From an uncultured delta proteobacterium (GTDB taxonomy: Bacteria; Desulfobacterota; Binatia; UBA9968), in the NCBI GenBank assembly GCA_963737905.1, contig CAVTUQ010000026.1, positions 192,001-256,000 on the forward strand: a stretch of 64,000 nucleotides of DNA, given 5' to 3'. Below are positions 26,312 to 37,406 of the stretch, one piece after another. Position 1 is the first letter of the stretch, and each line of letters begins with the position of its first letter. The notes beneath the pieces are model-generated. The model did no database searches. It worked only from the letters and a program-made list of their open reading frames with translations, and was not told the DNA's origin. A program made the position numbers and the translations under genes.

Positions 26312-29300
26312 ATGAAAGTCACGCAACTCCTGTCTAAGCTTCCATTTTTTGATTCCTTTGGCCGGCGCCGAGGGAGACTCGTGCGCAACTACTTCTTCAT
26401 TTTCGTGACTTTGATCGGCGGCGGCATGATTTTAAGCGGCCTTACGGAGATTTATTTTCGCTCCTATGAGGCCCGGGAGCAGATCGGAATGCTTCAAGGC
26501 GAAGCCGCCAATGCGGCGCTCGCAAAGATCGCCCAATACGTTCTGACCATCGAAGGGCAAATGAAATCGACGAGCCTCAGCCAGCAGATTGCCGAACGGG
26601 GATTTGTTCCGGCACAAAAATTCGAGGTCATGAAGCTTCTTTATGTGGCTCCGGCTATTAGCGAGGCTGCGGCCATCGACCGTGAGGGTGTACCTCGCCT
26701 CCACGTGTCCCGATTTCGTGCGATTCTCCCCAACGAAGAGACAGACTATTCCAAATCGGCGGCTTTTTTACAGGCAAGACAAGGCGCCACTTTTTTTGGA
26801 CCGGTTTATTTCGTTCGCGACTCGGAACCTTACATGACGATGGCCGTGCCGATTGAGGAATTTCCCGGAAGTGTTATCGGCGTTCTCCAGGCTGAAGTGA
26901 ATCTTAGTTACATCTGGGACATCGTGCGGGATATACAGGTCGGTAAGGCCGGCTACGCTTATATTGTTGCACGGGGTGGGGATATTATCGCGCACCCGAA
27001 TATCAGTATGGTCTTGCAAAGACACAAGGCAGGTCACCTGGAACAGGTAAAGGCGGCTTTGCGACCGGCTCCCAACATTCAAAAGCCGGAAAGTATAGTG
27101 ACGCGCGGTTTAAACGGCGATGAGGTATTAAGTTCTTACGCTTATCTGCCAAACCTCGACTGGGCAGTCATTATTGAGCGGCCGCTAGCGGAAGCCTACG
27201 AGCCGCTCTATGCTTCGCTGCTGCGCACCTATACTTTGGTAACGCTCGGTTTGGGCATCGCTCTGTTGGCGACCGTTTATGTAGCGCGGCGCGTCGTACG
27301 TCCTCTGGAAGCGCTACGGTGGGGGGTCGAAAAAATCGGCAAGGGGGATTTGAACTACCGTCTTGAAATCAAAACCGGCGACGAAATTGAAGTTCTCGCG
27401 GAACAATTCAACAAGATGGTCGGCGAAATCAAAAACTCCTATCAGTCGCTGGAAGAGAAAGTGCAACAGAGAACCCGAGAGCTGGCCGCGCTTTTTGACC
27501 TGGCGGCGACGGCAACCCAGTCCTTGGATTTAAATCCGATCCTGGAAGAGGTAGCGCAAAAAATCACCGGCGTCTTTGAGCTGGATTCAACGAGGATTTA
27601 TCTTTTGGACCGGCAGCGAGAAGAGTTGCGCGTGCGGGCGGCTTGCGGAAATAACCCGGAAGGTTTTATCCAAGGAGTTTTTGGACAACGGCAGGGGATC
27701 GTTGGCAAGGTCGTGGAGAGCGGCGAACCGATCGTTTTTGAAGACGTGCAGAACGATCCGCGCTATGCCGAACTGAGTCACAGTCAGGGATCAAGAGGAA
27801 TAGGTTATAGATTTTTTGCCGCAATCCCCATCAAGGCAAAGGGGAAGTCCTTAGGCGCGATCGCCTGTAATGGGAGGCTGCCCCGACAGCTCACCGAGCA
27901 AGAGATTCGTTTGATGAGTTCTATGGCGGATCAAATTGGGCCCGCCATCGATAACATCAATCTCTTTGAAGAATTAAGAGAGAAAACGGCGGCGTTAGAA
28001 AAGACCAATCACGAGCTTGTGGAGTCCTTGGAACAGCAAACGGAGGTCGCCCAGGTGCTGCAGGTGATGGCGAGGTCGCCCACCGAGCTCGGGGTGGTGT
28101 TGGCAACGATCCATAATAATGCTTTACGCCTGTGTGAGGCGGATAGTGGAGTGACTTTTGTCTTTGATGGAGAACAATTCCGCATCTCCGTTCCCACCGA
28201 CGGTTTTTCGCCCGACGCCCTGGCTTATCTGCGGGATCTACCGATTCGACCAGGGCCGGAAACGCCGTTGAGAAGAGCAGGCTTGGAGTTACGACCCGTT
28301 CACACGGCCGATATTTTCGCCGATCCGAGATTTTCCCCGCCGGACATCTATCGTCGTGAGGGCGTTTGCGCGGTTCTAGCCGCGCCCATGCTCAAGGAGA
28401 ATAAACTGGTCGGCGCGATTGTCTTGACCCGGCGAAAGCCCCGGCCATTCACTGAGCGTCAGATCGAGTTGCTTACCACTTTCGCCAATCAGGCGGCGAT
28501 CGCGCTGGACACCGTCCATTTGTTCCAGGAGCTCAAGGATCGGACGCAGGAGTTGGCCCGCTACAATGAAGAAATCGAGACGGCCAACGAAAAACTTAAG
28601 GAACTCGACCGGCTGAAGTCCGCTTTTGTTTCCAACGTGTCCCATGAGCTCAGAACGCCGCTTACGGCGATTGACAGTCTGGCGGATAACCTGCTCGACG
28701 GCGTGACCGGACCGTTGACGGTCAAACAGGCGGGCTACATGAGTGGCATTAAAGAGAGCACTGAACGCCTCGAGCGGCTGATTAATGATTTGCTTGATCT
28801 GTCGGTTATCGAGGCGGGCAAGGCGCAGTTGAAACCGACGAGCTTCTCTATGATGAGCTTGCTCAGCGAAGTTACAGAAGACCTTGAAACCGATGGCGGC
28901 GCAAAAGCAGATCGATCTTGAATTCGGTTCGACCAACGGCCATTCAATGGCTTGGGCCGACCGCGACAAAGTAACCCAGGTGCTAACGAACCTGATCGGC
29001 AACGCGGTCAAGTTTACGCCTAATCTGGGTAAAGTCACGGTGATCGTGAACGCCGCAAAGGACGCGTGGCTGCAGGTTTCCATAATGGATACGGGCCCTG
29101 GCATTCCGGCCGAAGAAGCGAGCAAGATCTTCGATGAGTTCTATCAGATGAGTCGGCCGGGCCGAGAGAAGTCCAAGGGAGTGGGGCTGGGTTTGGCGAT
29201 CTCGAAGAAGCTCGTGGAGATGCATGGCGGAAAAATCGCGGTTGAAAGCGCCGTTGGCGGAGGAAGCAATTTCTCCTTCACCGTTCCAGCGCATAAGCCG

Positions 29301-29342
29301 CACAACACCAACGCAACCGCCAGCGTAGAAAGAGACTTATGA
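26312..29342 (+). CDS. Sensor histidine kinase (TM-Cache-TM-HAMP-GAF-GAF-HisKA-HATPase), frameshift near 28880
   Basis: [17 protein letters not shown]; [10 protein letters not shown]; second ORF 28884-29342 carries [23 protein letters not shown]. Confidence 0.92.
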
Positions 29343-30697
29343 CGACTCTGGGTGAGACCATCCTCGTGGTTGATGATGATCCTTATATTCAAGAAGCCCT
29401 GGGAGACCGTTTGGAATCGCTTGGCTATCGGGTCGGAAGGGCATCCGACGGAAAACAAGCTCTGGAGTTAATCGATCACCAGGACCCGCAAATGGTCTTC
29501 CTCGATATCGAGATGCCCGGCATGAAGGGCCTCGACGTGCTCCGCGAGATCCGCGCGCGGGAGAAGGATTTTCCCGTGGTCATGATTACGGCGTACGGCT
29601 CGATAGATCTGGCAGTGGAGGCGATGAAAGAAGGCGCCTATGATTTCATTCCCAAGCCTTTTAAAGCAAGCCACATCGCGCTGGTGGTCGAAAAGGCCAT
29701 GGAAAGGCAACGGCTCCGCCGTGAAAAGGAAGTACTTTCCGAAGAAGTCGACAAGCGTTATCGCCTCGTCGCTGGACAAAGTGAAAATCTCAACGCGGCC
29801 ATCAGCGCCGCAAAGAAAGCCGCAGGGAGCAAAAGCACGATTCTATTACTGGGGGAGAGCGGGACGGGTAAAGAGCTTTTCGCCAGGGCGATTCACAACT
29901 GGAGCGAAAGAAAAGACCGGCCTTTTGTTGCCATCAACTGCGTGGGCCTTTCAAAGGAACTCTTGGAGAGCGAACTGTTCGGCTATGAAAAAGGCGCTTT
30001 TACCGGCGCCAGCCAGCTCAAGAGAGGCAAAATCGAAATCGCTAATGGGGGAACCGTATTTCTCGACGAAGTCGGCGATATCTCCGAGGAACTTCAGGCC
30101 AAACTCCTGCGATTTCTTCAGGAGCGAGAGTTTGAACGGGTGGGCGGCACCCAACTCATTCGGGTCGACGTGAGAATTATCGCCGCCACTAACCGCAACC
30201 TCGAAGCCGCCGTCAAAGAAGGGCGCTTTCGTGAGGACCTGTACTATCGTATCAATGTCGTTCCCATCGTGCTTCCTCCTTTAAGAGGCCGAAAAGAAGA
30301 TGTACCGGCTCTGGCACGGTTCTTTTTGCAGCGATTTTCTCTCGAGTCGAAAAAGAACTTCGCCGAGATATCCCAGGAGGCGTTAGAGGCGCTCAATGCC
30401 TACGATTGGCCGGGAAACGTGCGCGAGCTGGCGAACGTGATCGAACGGGCTGTCGTTCTCGGCCAACCTCCAATCATTCAAATCGAAGATCTATCTCCAG
30501 GGATCGTCGCGGCGGAGGCGGAAATCGACAACCGCTCGACGCCCGTTTCTTATCATGAGAGCGTCGACGAGTACCGGCGCGAAGTGATTATCAATGCCTT
30601 AGCGCAGACGCAGGGAAATCGTGCCGCCGCCGCTCGGCTTCTGGGTCTGCAACGCAGTTACCTGCTAAGGCTCATGAAGGCGTTCCACATCTCCTGA
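29339..30697 (+). CDS. NtrC-family sigma54-dependent response regulator
   Basis: REC VVDDD / LDIEMP / KPF; GESGTGKE; GAFTGA; WPGNVREL; Fis HTH; ATGA overlap with the kinase. Confidence 0.97.
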   Translation: MTTLGETILVVDDDPYIQEALGDRLESLGYRVGRASDGKQALELIDHQDPQMVFLDIEMPGMKGLDVLREIRAREKDFPVVMITAYGSIDLAVEAMKEGAYDFIPKPFKASHIALVVEKAMERQRLRREKEVLSEEVDKRYRLVAGQSENLNAAISAAKKAAGSKSTILLLGESGTGKELFARAIHNWSERKDRPFVAINCVGLSKELLESELFGYEKGAFTGASQLKRGKIEIANGGTVFLDEVGDISEELQAKLLRFLQEREFERVGGTQLIRVDVRIIAATNRNLEAAVKEGRFREDLYYRINVVPIVLPPLRGRKEDVPALARFFLQRFSLESKKNFAEISQEALEALNAYDWPGNVRELANVIERAVVLGQPPIIQIEDLSPGIVAAEAEIDNRSTPVSYHESVDEYRREVIINALAQTQGNRAAAARLLGLQRSYLLRLMKAFHIS

Positions 30698-30717
30698 ATC
30701 CTTTTTTATACACCAGC

Positions 30718-30735
30718 GTGTCTTAAAAGAGACAC
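30718..30735. promoter_or_regulatory. Palindromic candidate enhancer (TGT-N10-ACA)
   Basis: GTGTCT-TAAAAG-AGACAC, about 95 bp upstream of a -24/-12 site. Confidence 0.6.
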
Positions 30736-30830
30736 CTCTTCCATCCGTGGTGATTTTCGCTCGGCTTCCTGACTGCATGTTTTTCTTATAGTTCCCGGGC
30801 TTGCGTCGATCGCGCGGGGAGCGGCGATGT

Positions 30831-30846
30831 TGGCATAACTGTTGCC
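30831..30846 (+). promoter_or_regulatory. Sigma54 -24/-12 promoter
   Basis: TGGCAT-AACTG-TTGCC. Confidence 0.82.
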
Positions 30847-30912
30847 CTTAGTCCCGCTAACCCGGTTATCGGTAGGGCTATTTTTTCGGCGCTCTAGGAA
30901 AGCAGGATTGCA

Positions 30913-32949
30913 TTGAACCAACAACAGCATCGAATGATGAGCGTTTTTTTGGTCCTAACGGTGTTAGCTTTGATCCTTGGATGTCCTGCCGCAATTCTTG
31001 CTCGAGGCAACCCCGGTCTTAACGCTACGATCATTGGAGTTACCATTCCGGCTCATCGTCGGCCGGTGGTGACTTTTAAGATCGCCGACTCCAAAGGCCA
31101 ACCGATCGAGCTGTCCGACCTCGATGAGGACCGTATCCGATTCACTATTGCGACGATCCAGGCAGGCGCCAACGATGAGACCCGCTATCACAATTATATC
31201 CTCGCCAAGGTTTCGGGCAAAGAGTACGCGTACAAAGGCGAGACCAAGAAACCCGCGCTCGCCGACACCTTGCAGCCTGACTTTGATCAGGGTGGAGTAC
31301 TGGCGCGATCGGGCCCGGGTATTTTTACCTACGCGTTCAAAACCGCATTGCCCGCAAATTACGACCGAACCGCCACCCATGTCGTAGGCGGAGAACTGAC
31401 TCGGGACAAAGGAAAATCCGTCGCCAACCCATTGTTTGAATTCGTTCCCAGCGGCGGCAAGGTGAAAGCGCAACGGGCGGTGGTCGAGACCGCCACCTGC
31501 AACAACTGCCACGACCCGCTGAAATATCATGGCGGCACGAGGCGGGAGGCCGGTTACTGCGCGCTCTGCCATACCTCTCAGCTCACCGACCCCGAAAGCG
31601 GCGAGAACCTCGAATTCAAAGTGTTCGTGCACAAGATCCATCGCGGCAAGCTTCTCCCAAGCGTTAAAGGCGGCAAACCCTACTTTGTGGTCGGGGCCGG
31701 TCAACAAGTCGCCGACTATACGAACCTGCGCTACACCCAAGTCGTCATGAGCGACGGGGTCGCCAAGGACCTTAGAAACTGCAAAGCCTGCCACGGCGGA
31801 GCTAAAAGCGAGAACTGGAAGCAATCCCCGAGCGGAGCCGCCTGCACCGCCTGTCATGACAACGTCGATCTCAAGACGGGCAAAAACCATCTCGCGGGTC
31901 CGCAGGCTGAAGGAACCTGCATCGGCTGTCATCTGCCTGAAGGGCCGGAGTTCGGCCCCTCCATCGCAGGGGCGCACACCTTTCCCGGCTGGTCCACCCA
32001 ACTTCCGGGGATCGTTTTCGACATCTTAAACGTTGAAGGGACCCAGCCTGGACACAACCCAGTCGTCACCTTCAGCGTGAAAAGCAAAAGGGGTGAACCG
32101 ATCAACGCCGCGCAAATGAATAATCTTCGATTGGTCGTCGCCTGGCCGACGACCGATTACAAAGTCGATGTAGAAGAAGACGCTCGCAAAGCGGAATCCC
32201 TGGGAAGCGGCGTTTATGCCCACAAATTCAAATACACGATCCCTACCGACGCCACCGGCTCCGGTGCCATGGGCATACAGGGATACAAGCTCACGGAACT
32301 GAAGAAGCCCAATGGCAGTGTCATCAAGGATGTCAGAGACGTGGGCTACAACGTGGTCAAGTACTTTCCCATTACCGACAAAGAAGCCATCCCCCGAAGG
32401 AAAGCGGTCAAGATCGAGAACTGCAACGTCTGCCACGCCATGCTGGCCACCCACGGCGAGGCGCGGCGCAATGCGGAGTTCTGCGTCATGTGCCACAACC
32501 CCTCGCATACCGACGAAGAGAAACGAAAAGCGGCCAACGGTCCTATGCCGCCCGAGAACGTCCATTACAAACGGCTGATCCATCGGATTCACACCGGCAT
32601 CAACGCCGGGGAGCCGTTCATTGTCTATGGCGGCCCCCCGGCTAGGCCCGGTCCCGTCGATCTATCCGACATTCGCTTTCCCGGCGACCGCAGAAATTGC
32701 GTTAAGTGTCACGTGCCGGGGGCCAACGAGCCGCCGCTACCGGCGGGGCTGCTGCCGACTTTGATCCCTCAGGCGGATGGAACGGTCAAAGCCATTCAAC
32801 CGATCACCAGCGCCTGTATCGCTTGCCACACCAAAGAAACGGCGAAAGCCCATGTGGAAACGCTCACGGCTTCGAATGGACAAGAGAGTTGCGTGGTTTG
32901 TCATGGAGTCGGGCGGGAGTTTTCGGTGGAAAAAGTACACAGGAGGTAA
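30913..32949 (+). CDS. OmcA/MtrC-family decaheme c-type cytochrome
   Basis: Ten CxxCH motifs in 5+5 arrangement (CNNCH, CALCH, CKACH, CTACH, CIGCH; CNVCH, CVMCH, CVKCH, CIACH, CVVCH), each block preceded by a beta-rich domain; HKIH/HRIH; signal peptide. Confidence 0.93.
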   Translation: MNQQQHRMMSVFLVLTVLALILGCPAAILARGNPGLNATIIGVTIPAHRRPVVTFKIADSKGQPIELSDLDEDRIRFTIATIQAGANDETRYHNYILAKVSGKEYAYKGETKKPALADTLQPDFDQGGVLARSGPGIFTYAFKTALPANYDRTATHVVGGELTRDKGKSVANPLFEFVPSGGKVKAQRAVVETATCNNCHDPLKYHGGTRREAGYCALCHTSQLTDPESGENLEFKVFVHKIHRGKLLPSVKGGKPYFVVGAGQQVADYTNLRYTQVVMSDGVAKDLRNCKACHGGAKSENWKQSPSGAACTACHDNVDLKTGKNHLAGPQAEGTCIGCHLPEGPEFGPSIAGAHTFPGWSTQLPGIVFDILNVEGTQPGHNPVVTFSVKSKRGEPINAAQMNNLRLVVAWPTTDYKVDVEEDARKAESLGSGVYAHKFKYTIPTDATGSGAMGIQGYKLTELKKPNGSVIKDVRDVGYNVVKYFPITDKEAIPRRKAVKIENCNVCHAMLATHGEARRNAEFCVMCHNPSHTDEEKRKAANGPMPPENVHYKRLIHRIHTGINAGEPFIVYGGPPARPGPVDLSDIRFPGDRRNCVKCHVPGANEPPLPAGLLPTLIPQADGTVKAIQPITSACIACHTKETAKAHVETLTASNGQESCVVCHGVGREFSVEKVHRR

Positions 32950-32955
32950 AGTCAC

Positions 32956-33378
32956 TTGATCGGGAAGAACCTACCCATGCTCGTTTTATGTGTTGTCCTG
33001 CTGCCGCGCTTCAGTGCTGCCGAAGATCAAGGCGAGGGCAAGAGACTCTACCAGAGCTACTGCACCGGCTGTCACGGAGCTTCCGGCAAGGGAGACGGGC
33101 CGGCGGGCAAGACGCTGCCGGTGAAGCCGGCGGACCATACGAACGGAAAGAAGATGAGCCAATATTCTGACGAGCATCTTTTTACCGTCATCGCCAAGGG
33201 GGGAGCGAGCGTCGGGAAGTCTTCCCAGATGCCCGCATGGGGCGCGGTCCTGAAGGAAGCGCAGATTCAGGAAGTGGTCGGCTATATCCGTACGTTGGCT
33301 TCGGCGCATAAAGGACACCGCGAGGTTGTCCGGCGGTGCAAAGTAGCACGAGCATTCATTCAACTGGATGAAAATTAG
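32956..33378 (+). CDS. Monoheme class I cytochrome c
   Basis: Signal peptide, CTGCHG, GKGDGP, distal Met in QMPAWG. Confidence 0.92.
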   Translation: MIGKNLPMLVLCVVLLPRFSAAEDQGEGKRLYQSYCTGCHGASGKGDGPAGKTLPVKPADHTNGKKMSQYSDEHLFTVIAKGGASVGKSSQMPAWGAVLKEAQIQEVVGYIRTLASAHKGHREVVRRCKVARAFIQLDEN

Positions 33379-33383
33379 CCTTT

Positions 33384-33770
33384 TTGGGGGGTAAGACCGT
33401 GATTCTTGATCAGTTCCTCTATTGCCGTATTTGCTACGAGGTCCATCACATCACTCCTTTCGACAGGGCCCCTATTTACGATCTAGATCTCGACGGGATG
33501 ACTGTGCAGGAAATTTTCACTGATGATCAGCGTCAATTTGTCGATCGGCATTTTGGCCATGAGATCGAAGAGCTAACAAGTGTGACAGAAACACATTTTC
33601 CCATCGGCCGGCTCGTCGACCCGATGAAGGTGGGATACGTTGAAGTATCGAATGGACAAGAGTCTTTTATTCTGCGTATTTCTCGAAGAAATATCGCCGA
33701 GCCCGTGAGTTACAAAATCGTTTCCAGGCAAAGATATTCTGGGAGTCGAGAGGGTGAATCGCTAAGTTGA
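33384..33770 (+). CDS. Hypothetical protein with CxxC...H motifs (possible Zn binding)
   Basis: YCRICYEVH and HFGH; co-oriented directly after the cytochrome. Confidence 0.6.
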   Translation: MGGKTVILDQFLYCRICYEVHHITPFDRAPIYDLDLDGMTVQEIFTDDQRQFVDRHFGHEIEELTSVTETHFPIGRLVDPMKVGYVEVSNGQESFILRISRRNIAEPVSYKIVSRQRYSGSREGESLS

Positions 33771-33920
33771 TTCTCTACAAACGAAGGGTGAATGGTTTTG
33801 GACGCTCCCTGTATCCAACAGTATCCTCCCGTAGTGCGTTCCGCTTATGAATCCACGCTCGAAAGGAAGCATTCTGATCAAAAACCCGCGTTAAGCTCCC
33901 CAATGGAATTGCCTCGCCGT

Positions 33921-33936
33921 TGGCACGGCGTATGCG
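33921..33936 (+). promoter_or_regulatory. Sigma54 -24/-12 promoter
   Basis: TGGCAC-GGCGT-ATGCG, 51 nt before ATG 33988. Confidence 0.78.
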
Positions 33937-33987
33937 AATAAATGGAAGCGAGGGGAAGCGACCCATAGAGATTAGGACGAGCCCGCA

Positions 33988-34515
33988 ATGGAAAAGCTAT
34001 TGGTAACTATGACCGGTCATGATTCCATAGAAAGGCTGATGCCTTGTCTTGAAACATTGGTTAAACCGGGAATGACGGTGATTTTTCTTTTCGAATATCC
34101 GGTCGATTCACGGTTTTATTTTCGAGATCACCGAATTACCGTGGAATCTGCAAGACACGCAACGGAGTTGGGTAGAGAGATCGCGCGTCGATACGATTGG
34201 GAGGAGCAGAAGGAGCGTGCCCGGCAGATCATTGCGCCAGCTGTCGCTGCCTTACAAAAGGAGGGGATCGAGGTCGAAATCCATCTGCATTCGGGCAGAT
34301 TGGCAAAACTCATAAACCGCTACAGCCTGGATAAGGATATCCATTGGATCGTGACCCAATTTCCGCGCCCCGGTCTGATGGGCTATTTGTCAGGGAAGAC
34401 TATGGTGCCGTTGGGCTGGTCCAGTCACTTGCTCTCCGTGCGGTACGACCGAAGCTTTTCCGAGAAGCAATGGCAGCAAGGACACACTATAGAAAGGACC
34501 GGCACGCTTGGCTGA
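33988..34515 (+). CDS. Universal-stress-protein-like hypothetical protein
   Basis: N-terminal KLLV strand, EGIEVEIHLHSG motif typical of the USP fold; AGGA SD. Confidence 0.65.
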   Translation: MEKLLVTMTGHDSIERLMPCLETLVKPGMTVIFLFEYPVDSRFYFRDHRITVESARHATELGREIARRYDWEEQKERARQIIAPAVAALQKEGIEVEIHLHSGRLAKLINRYSLDKDIHWIVTQFPRPGLMGYLSGKTMVPLGWSSHLLSVRYDRSFSEKQWQQGHTIERTGTLG

Positions 34516-34591
34516 ATAGTGGTTGGTGTTTTACCGGCTATGGTGTCCCCGTCAAAGAATTCCAGTGGTGTTAGTGAAAGAAGGAAAAACA

Positions 34592-34828
34592 ATGATAGCT
34601 GAAAATCTTTTACAGGGTTCGCCCCTTCCCGGCCGAGGGACTGGAACCCCTCGTGAGCTTTCCGAGATCGCTCATGACCTCAAAAATTGCATGAGCATAC
34701 TGCTTTATTGGGTTGAAACGGTCGAGGTTGATGGGAGTTCTGCCGTTCCCAATGAGGATAGCCTAGATGACCTAAAGAAACTCGCTTATAAGATGAATGG
34801 TCTCATTGAACGCTTGGCGTCGTTGTAA
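34592..34828 (+). CDS. Small stand-alone HisKA-like protein
   Basis: AAGGA SD; H-box-like SEIAHDLKNCMSIL plus a second helix; no ATPase domain. Confidence 0.55.
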   Translation: MIAENLLQGSPLPGRGTGTPRELSEIAHDLKNCMSILLYWVETVEVDGSSAVPNEDSLDDLKKLAYKMNGLIERLASL

Positions 34829-34837
34829 GAATCTGAC

Positions 34838-35848
34838 TTATGCTTTGACCGATGCTGCAAGCTCTCCGTAGTTTTGTGGCGAGAGTTTTCTCTTGCCGGT
34901 CTCGATCTCGTGAATCATGTCCAAGACCTTGCGGCAGAGCGGCGTCGGAATCTTGAGCTTCTCCCCCTCTCGAACCACGTGGGCGAGCGTGTAATCCACC
35001 TCGGTCTTGATATCCTTTTGAAGCTGACGTAGCGGCCCTTTGCGGTCATCGAGATTCCATGCCTTGGCCATTCTATTCACAGCCGCAAGGCGTTTCTCCA
35101 AGGGATTGCCGGGGTGAAGGTCGAGCGGATTGTATTCGGTCAGTGGGATGAATCGGGCTCCAGCCGTTTTGCCGACCGCGACCACTTCGGCAAAGAAGTC
35201 GACGAGCACACGACGGTCCGCATCACTTGCACAGCTTGTCGCCAATGCCGCATCCGCGAGCGAGCCGAAATATCCCAGGCAGGTATATGTAAGCTTGCTC
35301 CAAAGTACGCCGAGAATGTTGTCGGAAATCTCGCTGGGAATCACCGCGTCGAGCAGCGCGTTGAGTTTTTCCAGCCGCGGTGTTTTCTTGCCGTGGAGAT
35401 GACCGATGTAGAGGTGACCGCGGGTAGCTGTCCGTACGTGGCCCGGAGCCGGCCTGAAAGAACCCATTCGAATCGCAACGCCCAGGGTCCGGTCGGGTCC
35501 AACCTGTTCTTCGAGCAGGGGAGGGTTGATTCCATTTTGGAGGGACACGAGCAGGCCGTCTTCGGCGAGATGGGGCATGACAGTCGCCAGCGCATCCGGC
35601 GTGTAGTTCGATCGCACGGCGATGAGGCCGATGTCGAACTTGTCCTGTATCTCGTTGGGGTAAACGATGTTGACTTTTACGTTGAAGGGACCGTCCGGCA
35701 CGTCTACCTGTAGTCCCTTCTCGCGGATGGCGGCGACATGCTCCTTATCGACGTCCACGAACGTCATATCGTTGCCGGCGCGCGCGAGGCGGCCGCCGAT
35801 GATTCCTCCGATGGGTCCAGTGCCGATGACGATCATCCGCGTCCCCAT
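34838..35848 (-). CDS. Ketopantoate reductase (PanE/ApbA) family protein
   Basis: GTGPIGG Rossmann motif, SLQNGI, LWSKL, KTEVDY. Confidence 0.9.
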   Translation of the reverse strand: MGTRMIVIGTGPIGGIIGGRLARAGNDMTFVDVDKEHVAAIREKGLQVDVPDGPFNVKVNIVYPNEIQDKFDIGLIAVRSNYTPDALATVMPHLAEDGLLVSLQNGINPPLLEEQVGPDRTLGVAIRMGSFRPAPGHVRTATRGHLYIGHLHGKKTPRLEKLNALLDAVIPSEISDNILGVLWSKLTYTCLGYFGSLADAALATSCASDADRRVLVDFFAEVVAVGKTAGARFIPLTEYNPLDLHPGNPLEKRLAAVNRMAKAWNLDDRKGPLRQLQKDIKTEVDYTLAHVVREGEKLKIPTPLCRKVLDMIHEIETGKRKLSPQNYGELAASVKA

Positions 35849-36053
35849 ATGAACCTCCTAGGTGATCTTACCAAGACGAGTCAAAGATATTGGAAGCGTC
35901 CAAGCCCGTCAACCGAAGTACGGGGAGCGTCAAGAGTACTCAGAGCTCAATGAGGACTAGAAGGGTGCAACCACGCGAGGAAATCAATCAGGCAGTTTCA
36001 GATTAGAGCCGGTGGTGTCACCAGCTAGCCCCGATCCAGTGGTCCAGTACTGT

Positions 36054-36503
36054 TCAAGCGCGTTTGCCCTTTTTCTCGTTGGCCAACTTTTTGACCATAC
36101 GCTTTCGCTGCTTCAAACACGGAGACTTCTCGGAAGTCTCGAGCGTCTGGCAGGCCATGCAGGCGGGGCAAATCCATCCGCCGCATTGGCAGCGTCCCCC
36201 TGCTTTGTCCAATACGCCCGGCTTGGTGCGAAAAGCATAGTGACACCGGAAGCAAACTAGCTCCGTCATCGCATCGAGGATTTCCAAATCTTCGGCGGGA
36301 GCAATGTGTCGCATCGATTCCCCACTGACCGCCACGCGGTATTGGAAGGCTTCTTTGGCTGGCGGGATGGCTACCAAACTTCCTCCCCTCGTGAAACACG
36401 TTTTGATCTCCGTTTTGCCTTCGATCGTCCCTTGATAGCCCATTACTTTATGCCGCACCAAAGTTCCGTCTTGCAGGCTGATTTTATTCATTATTTCTGC
36501 CAT
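36054..36503 (-). CDS. Hypothetical protein with Cys-rich C-terminal putative zinc finger
   Basis: GAGGAGG SD; CFRC...CQC...CPACMAC...C. Confidence 0.75.
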   Translation of the reverse strand: MAEIMNKISLQDGTLVRHKVMGYQGTIEGKTEIKTCFTRGGSLVAIPPAKEAFQYRVAVSGESMRHIAPAEDLEILDAMTELVCFRCHYAFRTKPGVLDKAGGRCQCGGWICPACMACQTLETSEKSPCLKQRKRMVKKLANEKKGKRA

Positions 36504-36719
36504 ATGGACCTCCTCATAAATGACCAAGCCTCTGGCTCGTTTAAAGCTCAGAGGCTTGGATCAGAAGATGGAAAAGCTCTAAAAGAGAAGTAATTCTAAC
36601 ATTCTTGGGCGTGATTAGCCAATCGCCCATTAGTTAGGGAAAAACCACCACCGAAAAGATTGCGAGATGGGAGTTACAGCGAAAAGAGACGTTTCTGTCC
36701 TGTAACCCGCGTGGCGAAC

Positions 36720-37007
36720 TCAAGGGACGTAGATATGGACGGAATTTTCTTCTATACGATGACCGCGCGTGATCAGTTTTACGATGCTGCAGACATTGCG
36801 GCTGACGTCGTCGATTCCGGCCGCGGGAAATCCGTCTTTGACATACCTTCCGATGAGCTTTTCCTCCCCCAGGCTGATGATCTGAAGATAATCCACATTA
36901 TCCGCTTTGAAATAGTGCTCGGTCCCTGGGGCCGGGCTGTCCAGTTCATTTTGCAGCGCCTTTGAAATTTTTATACCCACAAACAATCGCTTGCCCATCT
37001 CAATCAT
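36720..37007 (-). CDS. Hypothetical protein
   Basis: AAGGAG SD; 95 aa, globular composition. Confidence 0.7.
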   Translation of the reverse strand: MIEMGKRLFVGIKISKALQNELDSPAPGTEHYFKADNVDYLQIISLGEEKLIGRYVKDGFPAAGIDDVSRNVCSIVKLITRGHRIEENSVHIYVP

Positions 37008-37406
37008 TCGTCACTTCTCCTTGATTCTTGTTAATCATCTTTTCTAATTGACGTGAAAACAAACGTTTCTAGCGCGATGTGAGACAGGCAATCTTGGGAA
37101 AAACCACCTTACTTAAGCTTTTTCCGCAGCCCAAGTTAGGGGGTTGGGTATCGTGGGCTGGCTGAAGAAATTCAGCTGATCTTGCGCTGAAATGCTACTC
37201 GCTTGAGTCAGCGACATAGTAGGGTGATTAACTTCTTTTGTCAAATTCAACGCTAATACTCTCGTGCCATAGGCTATCAGTAACGATCAGAAACGGTATT
37301 TTCGGACGAGAATGCGATGGCGAAGAGGCAGCTTCTCAGCGTGGCAGAGTTTCAGACGACCGAGCAAACGGAAAAAAAGGGGGCAGCAACCAGAATAATC
37401 GGGAGG

